64,000 bases of DNA from the NCBI RefSeq assembly GCF_964194025.1, contig NC_134479.1, forward strand, positions 25,358,001 through 25,422,000. Reading direction: 5' to 3'. The translations under genes were made by a program, and so were the position numbers. Positions 1-14,129 of this stretch are shown here, piece after piece. The stretch is from Convolutriloba macropyga (Eukaryota). The notes under the pieces are model-generated. The model was not told the DNA's origin and searched no databases. It saw only the letters and a list, made by a program, of their open reading frames with translations. The first letter of the stretch is position 1. Each line of letters starts with the position of its first letter.

Positions 1-3000
1 ATGATTAGTGCGCCAAAACTGGTGCCATTTTCCAATTTAAGTCTCAGTGGTATATATTAAACTCTAATGAGGTTATTTGAAGCCTCTAGTGATTTTCTTA
101 ATCCCATTCAGGCTCCTCAAACGACTGAAGCAGGCTGCTTTTGATTAGAGCTCCCACTTGTCGTCCGATATGAATTCTTCTGAAAATAGTGGGTTGTGTA
201 TGTTCAAAAGAGCATATATTTTTTCATTGCGTGTTGAATGCGCAAATCATTTTATTGGCCACCTCAATTTTCGACTTATTAGTTTTGTCAGAATAAAACA
301 CCAATATGGCAAAATATTCACATTATACCCATTATTGTAAAGCTGAAATTGCCCAGAACGATCATTTAGAATATTTAGCTGTGGCATTCGCGCATGCCTT
401 GCGGGCTATAGCTAAATTTCTTCGAGAAAACATATTGGAGCATGTAAGTAGGACGTCACCGATAGTCATCTGATTGAAAAACGGAGCAAATTTTCGTCAC
501 TGTCAAAAGACTTCTGTCATGATGTTCAGATGTCAGCTTCAGCCAATACCAGGAGAAAAACTTTCTCAACGGCAACTGCAAATTGAGACATAAAGTTTAA
601 CTGAAATTGGGAATTCAGGTTGAACAAAACATACTTTCATGTCAACTTTTGCAACCCACACGCAAGCAGAAGCAAAGCCTACAAATACTACTAATCTGAC
701 GAAAAGAACAAATTTAAACAAAGAATAAATGATGCTAATATTTCGCATGCGCTGGTGGAGCTGTTGCATATTTTCAGAAGCGCTGAAGCAACTGGCATCG
801 TTGTTCTTTGCATAAAGAGGACAGCTATGCTGACTTCATGTATCTAAGGTCAAAATTCAGCTTCGCTCTCCTAAGTAGCTTCTTCTTCGTTCGAGGTTCT
901 ATGGCACTTAGGCTGCGTGAAGATAATGATTCTTCAATAGGTTCTCCTGTTGAACAAGGGAGTCAGTTAGTTTCACTCATCTTTTTTCCCCATTCGTTGA
1001 TGGTATTCAAGAGTTTTCTCTCTTTCGTTTTATCAGATGATATTTGTGTAGCATTTTCTTTTTTTTGATAGATTTGAGAAATAAAAAATCTTAACGAAGA
1101 CGTAGTACTTATAGGGCCCAGGTCCAGCTAATATTCACCCAGTGTTAAGGAGGGGCCCTATTAAATTTGTTTTAGTTTTTGTATTACCTCACTGATGCAA
1201 TGTAATTCCGTTCTGGCCAATTGTTATCTTTTGTGGCGTTTGATATAATTGACAGTGATGTTACATTTTTTTGGTAAACTTAATCGAATTCATGAGCATT
1301 TTCTTGTATTAAAGCTCTTAGAAAAATTGATTGTAGAAACAAAGTTTTTGAGCAAAGGGAATAATTTGGTATTGATGAAATCTTATTGAATAACAATTTA
1401 TAACTGTTGTGATTAATTGCTCTCAAAGAGATGTAATTATTGTAAGCTTGTGCGCCTTCTGTTTATGCAAAACTTTTGCTAGACCGTTTTTTGTCTTTTC
1501 GAATGACTTTTACACCACTGAATTCTGCCTTTTGCTTTATCCAAAGCTCTCTCTCATTAACAATTTCAAGCAGCTGAACTCAATTGACGGCAATTTAATG
1601 GTATAAATTAACTGATAAGTGCGCCGAAACTGATGCCACTTTCCACTTTAAATCTCAGTGGTATATTTTAAACTCTAATGAGATTATTTGAAGCCCCTAG
1701 TGAATTTCTTAGTCCCATTCAGGCTCCTCCCACCACTGAAGCAGGCTGTTTTTGATTAGAGCTCCACCTGTCGTTCGATATGAATTCTTCCGACCTTAGT
1801 GGGTTGTGTTTGTTCAGAAGAGCATATGTTTTTTCATTGCGTGTTGAATGCGCATTAAATTTTATCGGTCACCGCAATTTTCAACTTATTAGTGTTGTCA
1901 GAACAAAATACTAATGTGGCAAAATATTCATAATATGCCCATTATTGTAAAGTGGAAATTACCCAGAACGATCATTTAGAATATTTAGCTATTGCAATCG
2001 CGCATGCCATGCGGTCCATAGCCAAATTTCTTCGAGAAAACATATTGGAGCATGCAAATAGGACGTCACCGATAGTCGTCTGACTGAAAAACAGAAAAAA
2101 ATTGCGTCACTGTACAAGACTTCTTTCATGATGTTGAGATGTAAGCTTCAGCCAATGCCAGGAGGAAAAATTGCTCGACGACAACGGATGCTGATGCAAG
2201 ATGAGTCATCAAGTTTAGCGGACTTTGGGAAGCAAGGCTGAAAAAAACAAACTTTTGCAAACCACACGAAAGCAGTATCAAAGCCTACAAATACCAACAA
2301 CCTGATGAAAAGAACGATTATAAACAAAGAAAAATTGATGCTGAAAAAATCAATTTCGTGTCCACTTGTCTTCGAATGCGCTGATGGAGCTGTTGCATAG
2401 TCTCTTTATGCGAAGCAACTGGCATCGTTGTTCTTCGCATAAAGAGGACAGCTATGCTGACTTCATGTATCTAAGGTCAAAATTCAGCTTCGCTCTCCTA
2501 AGGAGCTTCTTCTTCATTCGAGGTTCTATGGCACTTAGGCTGCGCAAAGATGTTGATTCTTTAATAGGTCCTCCTGTTGAACAAGGGAATCAGTTGGTTT
2601 GAAACATCAATCTTCACCATTAGTTGTTTGTATTCAAGAGTTTTCTCTCTTTCGTGTTATCAGCTGATTTTTGTGTAATATTTTTTTTATAGATTTGAGA
2701 AATACAAAATCATAACAAAGACGTAGTTTTTGTAGGGCCCTGGTCCAGCTAATATTCAGCCAATGTTGTGCAGGGGCCCTATTAAATTTGATTTAGTTTT
2801 TGTCTTTCCTCATTGATCCAGTGTAAGTCCGTTCTGGCAAATTGTTATCTTTTGTGGTGGTTGATATAATTAATAGTGATGTTACTTTTTTGGTAAACTT
2901 AATCGAAACAATGAGCATTTTCTTGTTTTAAATTTCTCAGACAAATTGCATGTAGAAATAGAGTTTTTGAGCGAAGGTCAAAATTTGGTATTGATGAAAA

Positions 3001-3256
3001 CTTTTTAAATAACATTGTGGTAATTGTTGTGATTGATTGCTCTCGAAGAGATGTAATTATTGTAAACTTGAGCGTCTTCTGTTTATGGAAAACTTTCAAT
3101 AGACTGTTTTTCAACTTTTCGAATGATATTGATTCCCTCGAACTCTGCCTTCTGCATAATATAAAATTCTCTTATTCACAATTTCAATCAGCTAAACACA
3201 ATTGACGGCAATTTAATACTAAAAAGTAACTGATAAGTGCGCCGAAACTTGATCCA
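1..3256. repeat. Diverged tandem repeat, about 1.6-kb unit (two units visible, start of a third)
   Basis: TGAT(T/A)AGTGCGCC(A/G)AAACT recurs at about 2, 1613 and 3231. Long internal blocks match between units, e.g. 808-960 with 2438-2590. No convincing protein is encoded. Confidence 0.85.
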
Positions 3257-4060
3257 TTCACTTTTTCTGTGGTTGCTGCTCAGTTGAAAATTCGACAATA
3301 ATATCAATGTTTCCGGAGTGAATATTGGATTTTGTAAATTTTAAAAATCCATCTATTGCTTAGCAGGGATGTTGGTAGCTGGCTAGTTAGTTTTTTCTCG
3401 TTTCCGAGGCTTCTTAGCGGTAAAGTGTCTCAAAATACAAACTTTACAGCATACAAACTTTGAGTTCCTCATTGTTTACATATCTGACAGTGTTATGTTT
3501 TAATCGTTTCAATGTCTGGGAGCGTTTCATTTCGTTTTTTGTAGGGTTTAGCTCTTCAATTGCTCTCAATCAAAGTTCTCAACAGTTATCTTAGTTTTGC
3601 GATATATATTCTTCTTTTTCATAATATTCATAATATTCATAATGAAATTATGAATATTATGAATTTCATAATATTCTTTGCTTGACCGATTTTAAATTTA
3701 AATTTTCCTCAAAAATGGTATAAAAAGGTAGCGGCCAGCGCGCATAAGGTTTCTTTAGAGGCCCTTAGCAGTGTTTAATAGTCCCTCAAGTGCTTGCTGG
3801 GGTGAATCTACTAGAAAGGCCGTAGTTTAGGGTTAAAAGGTCATTTTTAGGAATTTTTGAGCCGAAAATGTTGCAATTTGTTCGTTTTTTCCCCGTCATT
3901 TTCCGAATTTTTTTTGAATTAGTCTAAAATTGAGGCTGGTTAAAGTTGATAAATGTCTTAAGTACTTTGGATATAAGTACTTTGGATTGGAGTTTATTTA
4001 CTTGACGATTCGGAAGTTCATGTGCAAAGGAACATTATGGTTTGGCGCTGTTTATTCTTT

Positions 4061-6085
4061 TTTAGTTGCTCTCAAAGATTTGTAATTATATTTGTCCTGT
4101 GGTCTTTTTTATGCTATTTGTTTTCGATTTTTCTTCTGACCCTTTTCTTTTCGTCCTCTAAAACAGAATAAACAGGTAAAATCCGGAAGGCATAAAGTGG
4201 TTCAGCAGCTCTCTTGTATCCATACTAGTCTAGTTAGGCGATTCACCGGAACTGTTCCAACACTCCGCACCACCCCCTTCAGTCATCCCTCCAACAGCAC
4301 CATAAAAAACAGAACAATGTTTTTTTCCTCTGGTACACATAAGTATAAAAAGCAAATGGTAAAAGAGGCAATGTAAAGATAAGAATATAACATTATGTAA
4401 AATTATAAAATCATTAAGTTACTTAACTATAAATTTGAACTTACATTATTAAAAAATGACGTAAAATGCGAGTATAAAATATTCTCACTTTTTTATATGT
4501 AGATCATGAAGATTAAAAAATAAAATTAAAATCTAATGCTCTCAATGTCATCTTTTATATCAGTTACTTTTGGGTCCTTCAAAAATTCTTTCCAAAAATA
4601 TTTTTCAGTTCTTTTTTTAAGGAAGCCGTCGATGTTGTTTTCAGTCTAATATTAGAAGGCATACTATTATAAAATGGAATGGCTTGTGCAATAAAAGAAT
4701 CAGTTAAAAATTTATTGTTCTTTCTTACATCGAACGTTACTTTTCTTGACCTGTCATGTTTTATTCTCATGGTAGAGAGAGGTTCAATTTTACGTGCTGG
4801 AAGATCGTTGCTAAGTAAGCGAAAAAAAAATATTTTGAGCAATGGTATTTCAAGAGAAAAGAAACTGGTAGTATTTTGTTGCGAAGTTTGAGATCTGTAG
4901 ACCGATCGTATGTTCTCCTATTAAAAATGGATTTTATTCCCCAATACAGTTGTTTTTCTAAAATTGTCAGTAATGACTTTTGCAACCCTATCAGAATTAG
5001 AGCGTAAAAATGTAGACGACTTATTATTATTGCATTACGTAGTAACACTTTCGTTTTCTCTGGTAAATTTTTACTAAGTGTATTCAAAACTTTTATTCCA
5101 CAAGCCATTATCTGAAGAATCTTTCTCACTTCTCCATCAAATTTTAGTTTGCTATCAATAATTACGCAAAGATACTTCACACTATTTGATTCTGCTATTT
5201 TTTCATTGTCGACATTCAGAACAGTATTTGTTAACCTCTTCCTGGTGCTGAACACAATATATTCTGTTTTTTGTTTGTTCACTACTAACTGGGACTTTGC
5301 AAAAAAGTCAATAATTTTTGAGGTGTTATGTACAAGTTTTATTTTTGACGATATTTCATCAGTGTCCGATGTAAAAAGAAAAGTGTCGTCTGCGTACTGG
5401 ACGACCGTGCAATCCTTTTCTACAATCTTTGCTAAATCGTTTACGTAATTGTTAAATGAGAGAGGTCCTAAAATAGTACCTTGTGGAACTCCTCTTTTCA
5501 AATTTATCCAATCTGATTCAATTCCATTCAGAACAACTCTCTGCGTTCTTTCACTCAAATAATTCTCCATTAAATTAGTAGCATGTTCATCAAAACCCAT
5601 ATTTTCAAGTCTCCGTAACAGTATTTTGTGGTTTATGGAATCAAAAGCCTTTGAAAGATCTAAAAACGCCCCTATAACATATTTTTTCTTGTTGAGTTCT
5701 AATCTTATTTGTTCTGTCGATTTCAGGATAGCATCAATTGTTGAAATTTGTTTTCTATAACCAAATTGACTAGCAGACAATAATTGCTCCCTTTCTAGGA
5801 AACTTGTGATTTGTGAACTGAACGCCTTTTCAAAAATTTTTGACAAAGCAGAAGTGACAGAAATAGGTCTATAATTGAGTGGGTCTTCGGGATTCCCTTT
5901 TTTGAAGAGTGGAGTTACACAAGCTTTTTTAAGATCTGGTGGAAATTTTCCTTCTGTAATAAAAACCATCCAGCCTCCCCCACCTGGCTAATCTGACCCC
6001 CCTCACGTCCAGCCCCCCACCCCAAGGGCACACGCTCGCCGGTCGTTTGGGGTTCTAAATAGTGTATAGTGAGTTGGTTTGTCGT
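4061..6085 (+). mobile_element. Helentron-like non-autonomous element (family A), split by a LINE insertion
   Basis: The 5' part (GCTCTCAAAG..., about 4061-4310) and the 3' part (C-rich tract, CGCTCGCCGGTCGTTTG, about 5970-6085) match the intact copies at 7281 and 18663. Boundaries approximate. Confidence 0.55.
4311..5969 (-). mobile_element. 5'-truncated non-LTR retrotransposon (CR1/L2-like LINE), RT domain and 3' end
   Basis: ORF 4767-5969 has NYRPIS, SQFGYR, FLDLSKAFD, GVPQGTILGP, QYADD and VKYL. A frameshifted C-terminus is at 4579-4842. No endonuclease; the 3' boundary is approximate. Confidence 0.9.
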
Positions 6086-7280
6086 CTTTTAAAAATATCC
6101 GACATTACAAAAGGTTCACTATTCTGTTGATGGGGGCAATGTTTTGTACTTATCTGACGACAGAACTAGCATCAGACGAAGAATATATTTTGGTTCTTGG
6201 ATCCTGTTGAGTGTTTAGCAGAAAAATTTCTGAAAGTGATTGAGCAAGAAATTGTGAAAAATGAAAAGACCGAAATAAATGATTGGTATGAAGTTAGTTT
6301 TGACTGTAGACCAACTTACCCGTAAAAAGGCTAGCCTGAAACTGAAAGAAGGCAGAAAAGAGCAAAAATATGAGAAAACTGTACACAATGTGAGAAAGTT
6401 GTCCCCTTTTAACCATGAATTTTTACCTGATCAGCAGTTTTGGTGAACCGCACCCTTAGAAAAAACTCAAGCGAACTGCAAGGCAATTAATATTGTCGGC
6501 GAAGCACATCACCTCGCGCGTAACTATTTTATACTGTTTCTCTTAGACGATCAATCAAAATTTCCACGAAAGACAAACTGCAGCAAAATAATTGCTGCAA
6601 ATTGAGTGTAATTAATAAGGTTTTGATCTGTTTTTTAATAAGGTGCCAATTGCCTACAAGTTATTGGACAGTTAAAGGTCCGCCGATTTTTGTGGAATCA
6701 GGAAGAGCAACAATTAATATCATGTTTTAATAAATGCGAGGATCTGCGCCTCGCATGGAGAGTTTGTACGTTTTCAAATTTGATAGGAGTTTATTTATTT
6801 GACGAGTCAAAAGTTCAGGCTCTTTTCTGTTATTGCCCCCCCACGTCCGTTTGCTCCCCCCACTTATACATGTTATAGCATATTGGTTTCATTTCATACA
6901 CTAACATATACAATTATATACAAACGGCATTTTCAATTCAATTGTGCAGCCAAGTTTTGAAATTAAGACATATACGGTAATCAAATTTTGCTTATAATGT
7001 AAGCAGACAAAGAATAATCGTGTTTTTAATATTTTTTCGCCTTTCTTTTGCAGGAATTGCTCTATGGTACTAATTTTTTTGACAACCGGAAACAAAAATG
7101 CATCCATTCGTCTACCGGTACCGGCAATTTATTATGAATAAAATAAAGGATCTCTAAGGACCAAAAAGAACATATTTGGGGGGTGCAAATAGACTGGCTA
7201 TATAAGGCTGGGGGCAATAACAGAAAAGAGCCAAAGTTCATGTGCAAACGAACAGTACAATTTTTCCCTGTTTAGTCTTT

Positions 7281-7516
7281 TTAACTGCTCTCAAAAGCAA
7301 TTCGTGGCAGTTGTATTAGTCCTATCGGTCTTTTTTATGCGATTTTTCGCTTGACCGGATTTTGTCTGACCCATTTAACTTTTAGCCCTCAAAAATGAAA
7401 TAAACAGGCAGCGCCCAGCTGTCGTTAAGTGTTCTTAGAAACTGTTTTGCGAGACTTGTACTTATGATGTGAAGGGCGGTTCTAAGAGGTTAACCCCAAC
7501 CCCCATCCTACCCTCC

Positions 7517-7547
<31 letters not shown>

Positions 7548-7734
7548 ACCCTCCCCCTCTTACCCCAATGTTGCCCCAGCCCCCGGTGAACCCCCCCCCC
7601 CCTATCTGCGCTCACAGAACGCCCCTTTAATTAAATTGAAGCTAGCCTCACTAAACCGTGTCTAGCTACGGATGAAGCCAACGGCTCGCCGGTCGTTTGA
7701 GAGCTATTCGCCCGACGTTAGTGGGTTATGTTTT
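7281..7734 (+). mobile_element. Helentron-like (HINE/DINE-1-type) non-autonomous element, family A
   Basis: GCTCTCAAA near the 5' end and its inverse TTTGAGAGC about 30 bp from the 3' end. A short CCCGAC-GTTA-GTGGG hairpin remnant and a T-run follow. Internal poly-C/CA tract. Confidence 0.65.
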
Positions 7735-8252
7735 AATTTTCTCTCAAAAGAAGTTTGTAGCACTTATAATAGCCCTGTGGTCTTTTTCGCTATTTTTCAC
7801 CTGTTTTGGATTTTTCGTCTGGCCCTTTTAACCTGTGGTCCTCTGAAACGGGATAAACAGGTGAAGATGGAAGGCATTAAGTGGCAGAGCAGCTCTCTTA
7901 AGTTCTACTAGTCTCTAAGAATACGAGTCACCAAAACTGTTTTAGGAGACAATTGTGTGAAGGGCGGTTCTTAATCTTAGTTCGACCACTCTCGCTCACC
8001 CCTTCTCCCCACCATTCCCCTGTGCACCTTCTTCCACCTTGCGTGTGATTTGGTCCCCTCTCGTCCAGCCCTCCTTGTCCTACCCCCATGGCTTGAAACT
8101 CCCTCGCCCACCCTCACCCCGGCAACGCTTGAATTCCCCCACTACTCTCTCACCACCCTAATGCTAGCATCCCTCTGCCCTAGCTAACTTCGACTGAAGC
8201 CGACCGCTTGTCGGTCTTTTGAGAGCTATTCGCCCGACGTTAGTCACTTATC
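7735..8252 (+). mobile_element. Second, head-to-tail family A copy
   Basis: CTCTCAAAAGAAGTTTGTAGCA ... TTTGAGAGCTATTCGCCCGACGTTAGT, directly after the previous copy. Confidence 0.6.
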
Positions 8253-8985
8253 TTCCTAAAAATTTCAGCAGTGTTAGCGTCTTATGATTTATAGGTAATT
8301 GCAAGTTTGCTTGAACGCCTTTTATGCTTAACAATTTTTCTCTTTTCGCCTGATAGTTTTTAATTGTCAATGTCAGTACCAAATGATAGATAGCGCAGTT
8401 TCATATATACAAAATTTTTTGGTTTTGAAGTCAAGGTTTTTGAAAGCTGAAATAATACTCAGGCGTTTTCTCCCAAATGTTTCGATTCCTTGGGCAATCG
8501 AAAATAGCAATCTTTGCGGTTGACTTTGAAAAGTTTTTATAAGTGCACGAGTAAAATGCTTTAAGACGTATATTTGAACATGAAGTGTGCTGAAATGGAG
8601 CAAAGATAATAATTCTTTCTTGAATATTTTGGTACCTCATGAAGCATTGTACAGTTTATATTTTGAGGATTCGATAAATCGAGTTCAAATTGAAGCAGCT
8701 TGCATTTGAAAATAATCTGTATTAGTTAAAAAGCTTCATGAAAGCGTTTGTGAGGTCAGTTGCCAAGTTTTAACGATCCAAAAATTGTAAAACTGATAGA
8801 GAATTTAATCAGCATGATACTTTTGTTCATAGCAAGAACTTTTTTACTTATCAACAAAGCGTGAGATTGTAAACCATACTTCTATTTTGAGCTAATGTTA
8901 GTTTTCAATAATTTTTTATTTGCAAGCCAATGTGCCTTCATTCTTTTGCGTAATTAATCAAAACAAGAATGGTAAAAAAGTAGTT

Positions 8986-11162
8986 ATGAACGTTGATACA
9001 CGAACGTCTTATGGCGTTTTTAATTTTCGACCTGCTTTTCTTCAACCACTGAACAAGATCAGCCTTTTTGCTGTTTGTATCTCGTTATCAGGATTGCTCC
9101 AAGGGGCTTTAACAAATGGATTTTTGCCGTCATCCTTCACCGCGATTGAGACCCGGTTCGGAGTTAGCAGTTTTGAAGTATCTGTTATGCCGGCGCTTTT
9201 CGAGTTCTCGTCGCTTTTGCCTTTGTTACCCATTTCGTACATCGGTGGTCGATCATCGCAGCCTCGAATCTTGGCTCTAGGGTTATTTGTACAGGTTCTG
9301 GGGACTTCTGTTCTGTTGGTTCCACATTATATGACCAAAGATGAGCCGTCCGTTATGGGTCATTTGGTGGCACAAGCCGATGACTTGGAAGTTGGATATT
9401 GCGCGCCAGAATTTGAGGTGAGCTGTCTTAAACTGTTTCCATATTTTAATATTTTTCCAGTGTAATAATCGATTTGCAACAATAGTTTGTCTTCAATGGA
9501 TTGTTTCGTTAAACCATTTTATCAAAGTTTTTATAGTAGCCTAAAAATGATGTACATAGGCATCAAATCTAAACAATCGTTTTGAATAAAACCTTTAGTT
9601 GTTATTTTAGGTCAAAGCATTTGTTTTTTTGCTTTAAGGTCGTGAATTTAATTGTTTAGATCGAGTCTGCAAAAGATCTCCATGACTGGATTTATGTGTT
9701 TTACATTGGCTGCGTAATCATGGGATTCGGAAATGCAGCTTTATGGGCCAACTCGTTCGACTACCTCGATAAAAACTTATCAGATGAGGATTTCATTATT
9801 TACAACGCCATATTTTCCATGACCGCTGTGTGGGGACCTGGTCTCGGTTACGTCATAGGGTGGCTTGTTCTCAGGCTACCCTTTGATGACGTTCAGAAAA
9901 GTTCAGATAGGTACAACTCTCTGACTGAAGAACAACTGGAAAACTTGCAAAGTAGTCCATTATATATTGGAGCTTACTGGTTGGGCATTCTGATCATTGC
10001 TATTATACAGTTTGTTGTAATAATACCGCTAATCGGCTTTCCTCGAGAATTCCCAAACTCTGCTGAAATTCGCAAAGGAAAGGAGGTTCCAGCTGGCTAC
10101 GGGTCCATAGAGAGCAAATCGATTGTTACTGCCCCGGAAGAAATGACTTTTAACGATGTTCGATCGGGATTTGGCCATTTGTTCACGAACCCGTTATATG
10201 TATCACTAATCATCGCTTCAACTTCTTCCGCGTTTTTCGTTGTATCTCTCGCAATGTTTGGACCTCAGTTATCCCAAGTTTTGTTCTCGGTTTCCTCAAA
10301 AGAAGCAGCTCTCTTATGTGCGTGTATCGTATTTCCTACGTCTATAATGGCGGTTATTGTTGGAGGATTGATTCCGAAAATATTCAAATTTTCAATAAAG
10401 GACCTCTTTCTATCCTGCCTGGTCGGATCATTCATCACATTTGTCCTCGGATTTGCTTTGTTGTTTCCTTGCGACAAGAAAAATGATATCAATGTTTCAC
10501 GTGTTTACGACTACAGAGGAACAACATGCAACGTTACAGATTGTAATTGTGATCCTTACGTATTCAAGCCTTATTGTGTTGATCATCAAGTTTCTTTGTA
10601 CAATCCTTGCTTCTACGGATGTATAGACGATGATATCACCCACTGCAGCTGTTATGACGAAACCATAAACACGGTTTTGGAACCCGGCGATTGTTCAGAC
10701 GAGAGCAATTGCGGTAAAGTATTGTTTGTTGTGTTTGGTACTGTGCTGTCCCTAATGTGCTTTATCGCATTTTTCGTCTTCCCATCAACAACGACCGCAA
10801 TCGATCGAGTTGTACTGCCCCAGTACCGTTCGTTTGGTTTTGGAGTTGCTTTGTTCATACTTCGCCTTTTTGGCACAACTCCAGCGCCGCTCCTGACTGG
10901 TGTAATTTTTGACCAATCATGTGACTTCAAACCTGAAACTGATGACGCAATCAGATCGTCATGTGTTTCATATTCGTCTCTCAATCAATCGTTTGCTATT
11001 GTGGCTATTTGTTGTTGCGGGTTCTCGGCATTGGTATTGTCTTTCGGTTACTTGAATCTTCGGATCCGAGGCTCAGAGAACGACGACCAAGAACGACAGT
11101 TCTTAGTCGGTGAAAAAGTCAGCGATGTGGGAAAATTGTTGGAGGAAATTTTACAAGGATGA
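8986..11162 (+). CDS. Organic anion transporting polypeptide (OATP/SLCO family), 2 exons: 8986-9417 and 9660-11162, about 644 aa
   Basis: Motifs IETRFG, ISYIGG..PRILALG, YLDKN, GPGLGYVIG, YIGAYWLG and FPREFP. Kazal-like loop CNC..FKPYC..YNPCFYGC, then RLFGTTPAP..G..FDQSC. The GAG|gtgagc ... tttag|ATC intron is phase 0. The start ATG is uncertain because the frame is open further upstream. Confidence 0.9.
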
Positions 11163-11689
11163 TCATTAGTTTGTCAATTAATTGTTCGTGTACAGTTTAT
11201 CGTTTGTAAATCTGTGAATGTCTTAAAAAATCTGTGTCCTGTGCAAATTGGATTGATTATTTGCAGCAAAAATTTCTGTTTTTTAAGGTAGAAGGTAAAA
11301 GCTGATAAATTAGATGTGAGAAACTTAATGTCATAGAAATGTTTTCATTCTCTAGAAAGTTTTTTTAAAAATGGTCAATTTTTCTGAGAATTTCAGCAAA
11401 AGTGCCTTGCCTTGATTTCAGCCTCAATGTTGGGAGAAGTATCAGCGTATTTTTAGATTGTTAAAAAAAGAAAACATTGCATTTCCAATTGAGTATAAAT
11501 AGGTCAGGGAACCTAAAAATAACACAAATGGCAGCGTAAAGATATAACATAAATTATAAGTAATTTTTAGGTAACAGATAAAAGATTTTCGTAGAAGAGA
11601 CAAATTCTAAGCTCAAATGTGAGTATACAAACTCACAAATGAAGCGTTAGTTAATCGTAAAAGCTTTCCAAGAAAAATTGTCAACAATT

Positions 11690-12420
11690 TGTACCATTGG
11701 GTCCTTCTGAAATTGTTGGAAAAAACCCGCCTGTTTGATTCATTCCCTTTTAAGTTTTTTTCAAGACAATTATTAAATGATAAGCCTCTTCCGATGAAAC
11801 TTTTGTCCAGCCATGATGTTTTTGACCTCTCCGAGAAAAATGGTTTTCGTTCTTGAATGTCTTTAAAACTTATAAGTTGGCAAGCTAAGTCCTGTTATTC
11901 TCTTGAAGGCAGGTTTCTTATATGTCAAGATTTGATTGACATACAGTGCTGTTCTGTGACATACAGTGCTGTTCTGTATTCAAGCAATTGTTTTATTGGC
12001 AGTATATAATTATCCAGTTTGATACCAAGTGAAGAATTGTTAAATGGATGAAAGTAACAGGCTTTTACTGCGCAATTGAGTTGCTTTTCTAAGGTTGTAA
12101 GAAAATTTTTGAAATGGAAGAGCAAAACAGCTGAGCACTGGAGATGACTAATTACAAGAGAATTCAGTAGGATTTTGCGCAAATGGTATGGTACTACGCT
12201 TCTGAGGACATAAAGTGTTTTTTATTCCTTACGCCATCTTGCTGAGTATTTGTTTAACTTGTTGTTGGTACAACAACTTTTTGTCCCATATTACTCCGAG
12301 ATATTTTACATTCTTAACTTTTATTATATGGTTGGCAATCTTAATAGACTCTGCTGCGGATGAAGTGCCAAAGACAATGAACTGTTTCTAATTCAGTTTT
12401 AGAGAACGGTATGAAAAATA
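11690..12420 (-). mobile_element. Decayed LINE 3' fragment related to the 4311-5969 element
   Basis: KILLNSLVISHLQ...LTTLEKQLNCAVK aligns with VLLRNAIIISRLH...LTILEKQLYWGIK of the first LINE. Boundaries approximate. Confidence 0.7.
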
Positions 12421-14129
12421 GTCAACAAGAGAGGAAATTGATTTTTCTAAGTAGCAATCAGTAATTTTAGCAGGTTGGGAATAGTTAGCAGGTTGGGAAG
12501 TTGAAAGCTGTTATTTATATTCTTTGCTTTTGGCTTCGCAAGAAACGTATTATGTAAAGGAAACTGTGAGATTTTGTTCAATTTGTCGTGCACGAAACGA
12601 TTTAAAGTATTCAAAAAAGAGCATTTAAAGGTCAACTGTTTAAATGAACTGTAAATGAGCGTCTGTTTATAGCCTGATAAAGTGGTCATTCTATTGCTTT
12701 ACATCTTAGCTGTAACTTAGCTGTGAGACCCCTTCGCAATAATGTAGTACAATACAATATTTAATACAATTTCGAAGGGGCGGAGTGCAAATTTTCTGTA
12801 ATGAAATTATGACCTTACCTAGATCAAAATTTTTGTAGCATTTAATTAAAAAAAACTACCAGTAATGTTTTTCCAGAAAAACAATGAAGACTGGCTTTCA
12901 AAACGTAGCTTCGAGTTTCTGTTTAGTCAAAATTGATAAAACTTTCATGTTAAAGGAAATTGCCATATCCTTTTCGCTTCTTGCAATGACGGGTTTAAAG
13001 TTTCTTTGTCAAAAAGATGAGAATCTCAAAAGAATTTTAAAAATATAATTGTTTGAAAAATTGCGTTTTTCTTCAAACTCGGAAATTTTTTGCTCGGAAA
13101 TATTGATAACTATTATTTGAACAGTGACCATTATAGATAACATAGTTACGTAGACATACGCGGGAAAATGTTTTATTTTCTTTATGAAAATAATATCATT
13201 GTGAAGAGTATATGTTTTAAAGTGAGATCCTTACGCACTGAGTTGTAATATTTAAAGATATCAGCTATTACGGGGAAAAATTTTCAAAAACTTCAATTTT
13301 TGCTTGCTTGTATCTCATAAACCGATGCGGCGATCACAAATTATTTCGTCACAGCTGTATTTTTGTATTATTTTTGAAATATGAAATTGTCCCCCGATCA
13401 ATTTGTTTTGAGATATTGGAGGAAACTGGAACTGTAAGTGACACGGCGGAGTTCATGCGCTTGTCGAGAAAGTACAGAGAAGTGTTAAAGTCGGAGTTTG
13501 TTGATTTCAGTACCCTATTATTTGGCTGCAAAAAAATTGCAAGAATTTGTTTTCGTCTTCGGTAAAGTGAATATAACTTTATCGTGGTCCATTTTTGGTT
13601 TTTCTGTATTATTATGTTGTCCCTGTATTTCGATTGATCCAGGTATGTTTCTCCAAAACATCAGTACCATCGGGAAAAAGTGGTCACTTAACCGTTTGGG
13701 TTAGAAATATTTGTAGAAACGCCTTGTAAGCAATTTGGCGCAGAATTGCTCAAATGCTTCAAACGTTGGGAGTCTCGTTCACTTCACAATTTTTTAATTT
13801 TGGCCACTAGCTTAAGAAGTGATTGAACTCGGAATCACATTTCATGATAAAAACGACAACAGGTCTCCGATAAAGTCTTCCCTTAACTTCATTTCGCAGC
13901 CTTTTAGAAATTCTCTTCTAATGTTGACAAGCATAATGTTCTCGGATTTTGCAGTGACTCTTTGACTTCAATTCTGCGGCTTATGTAATGGATCGCTGGA
14001 TTGTTATAATTTTTTTTTTACTTCAGATCACATTTCGATCAGGCTGCATTAGAATTTTACAAGCGTTTTGCTAGTACGGAATGATCAAATTATTGCTACA
14101 CTTTTTGCGCAAAAATTTGTCGTTTAGTT

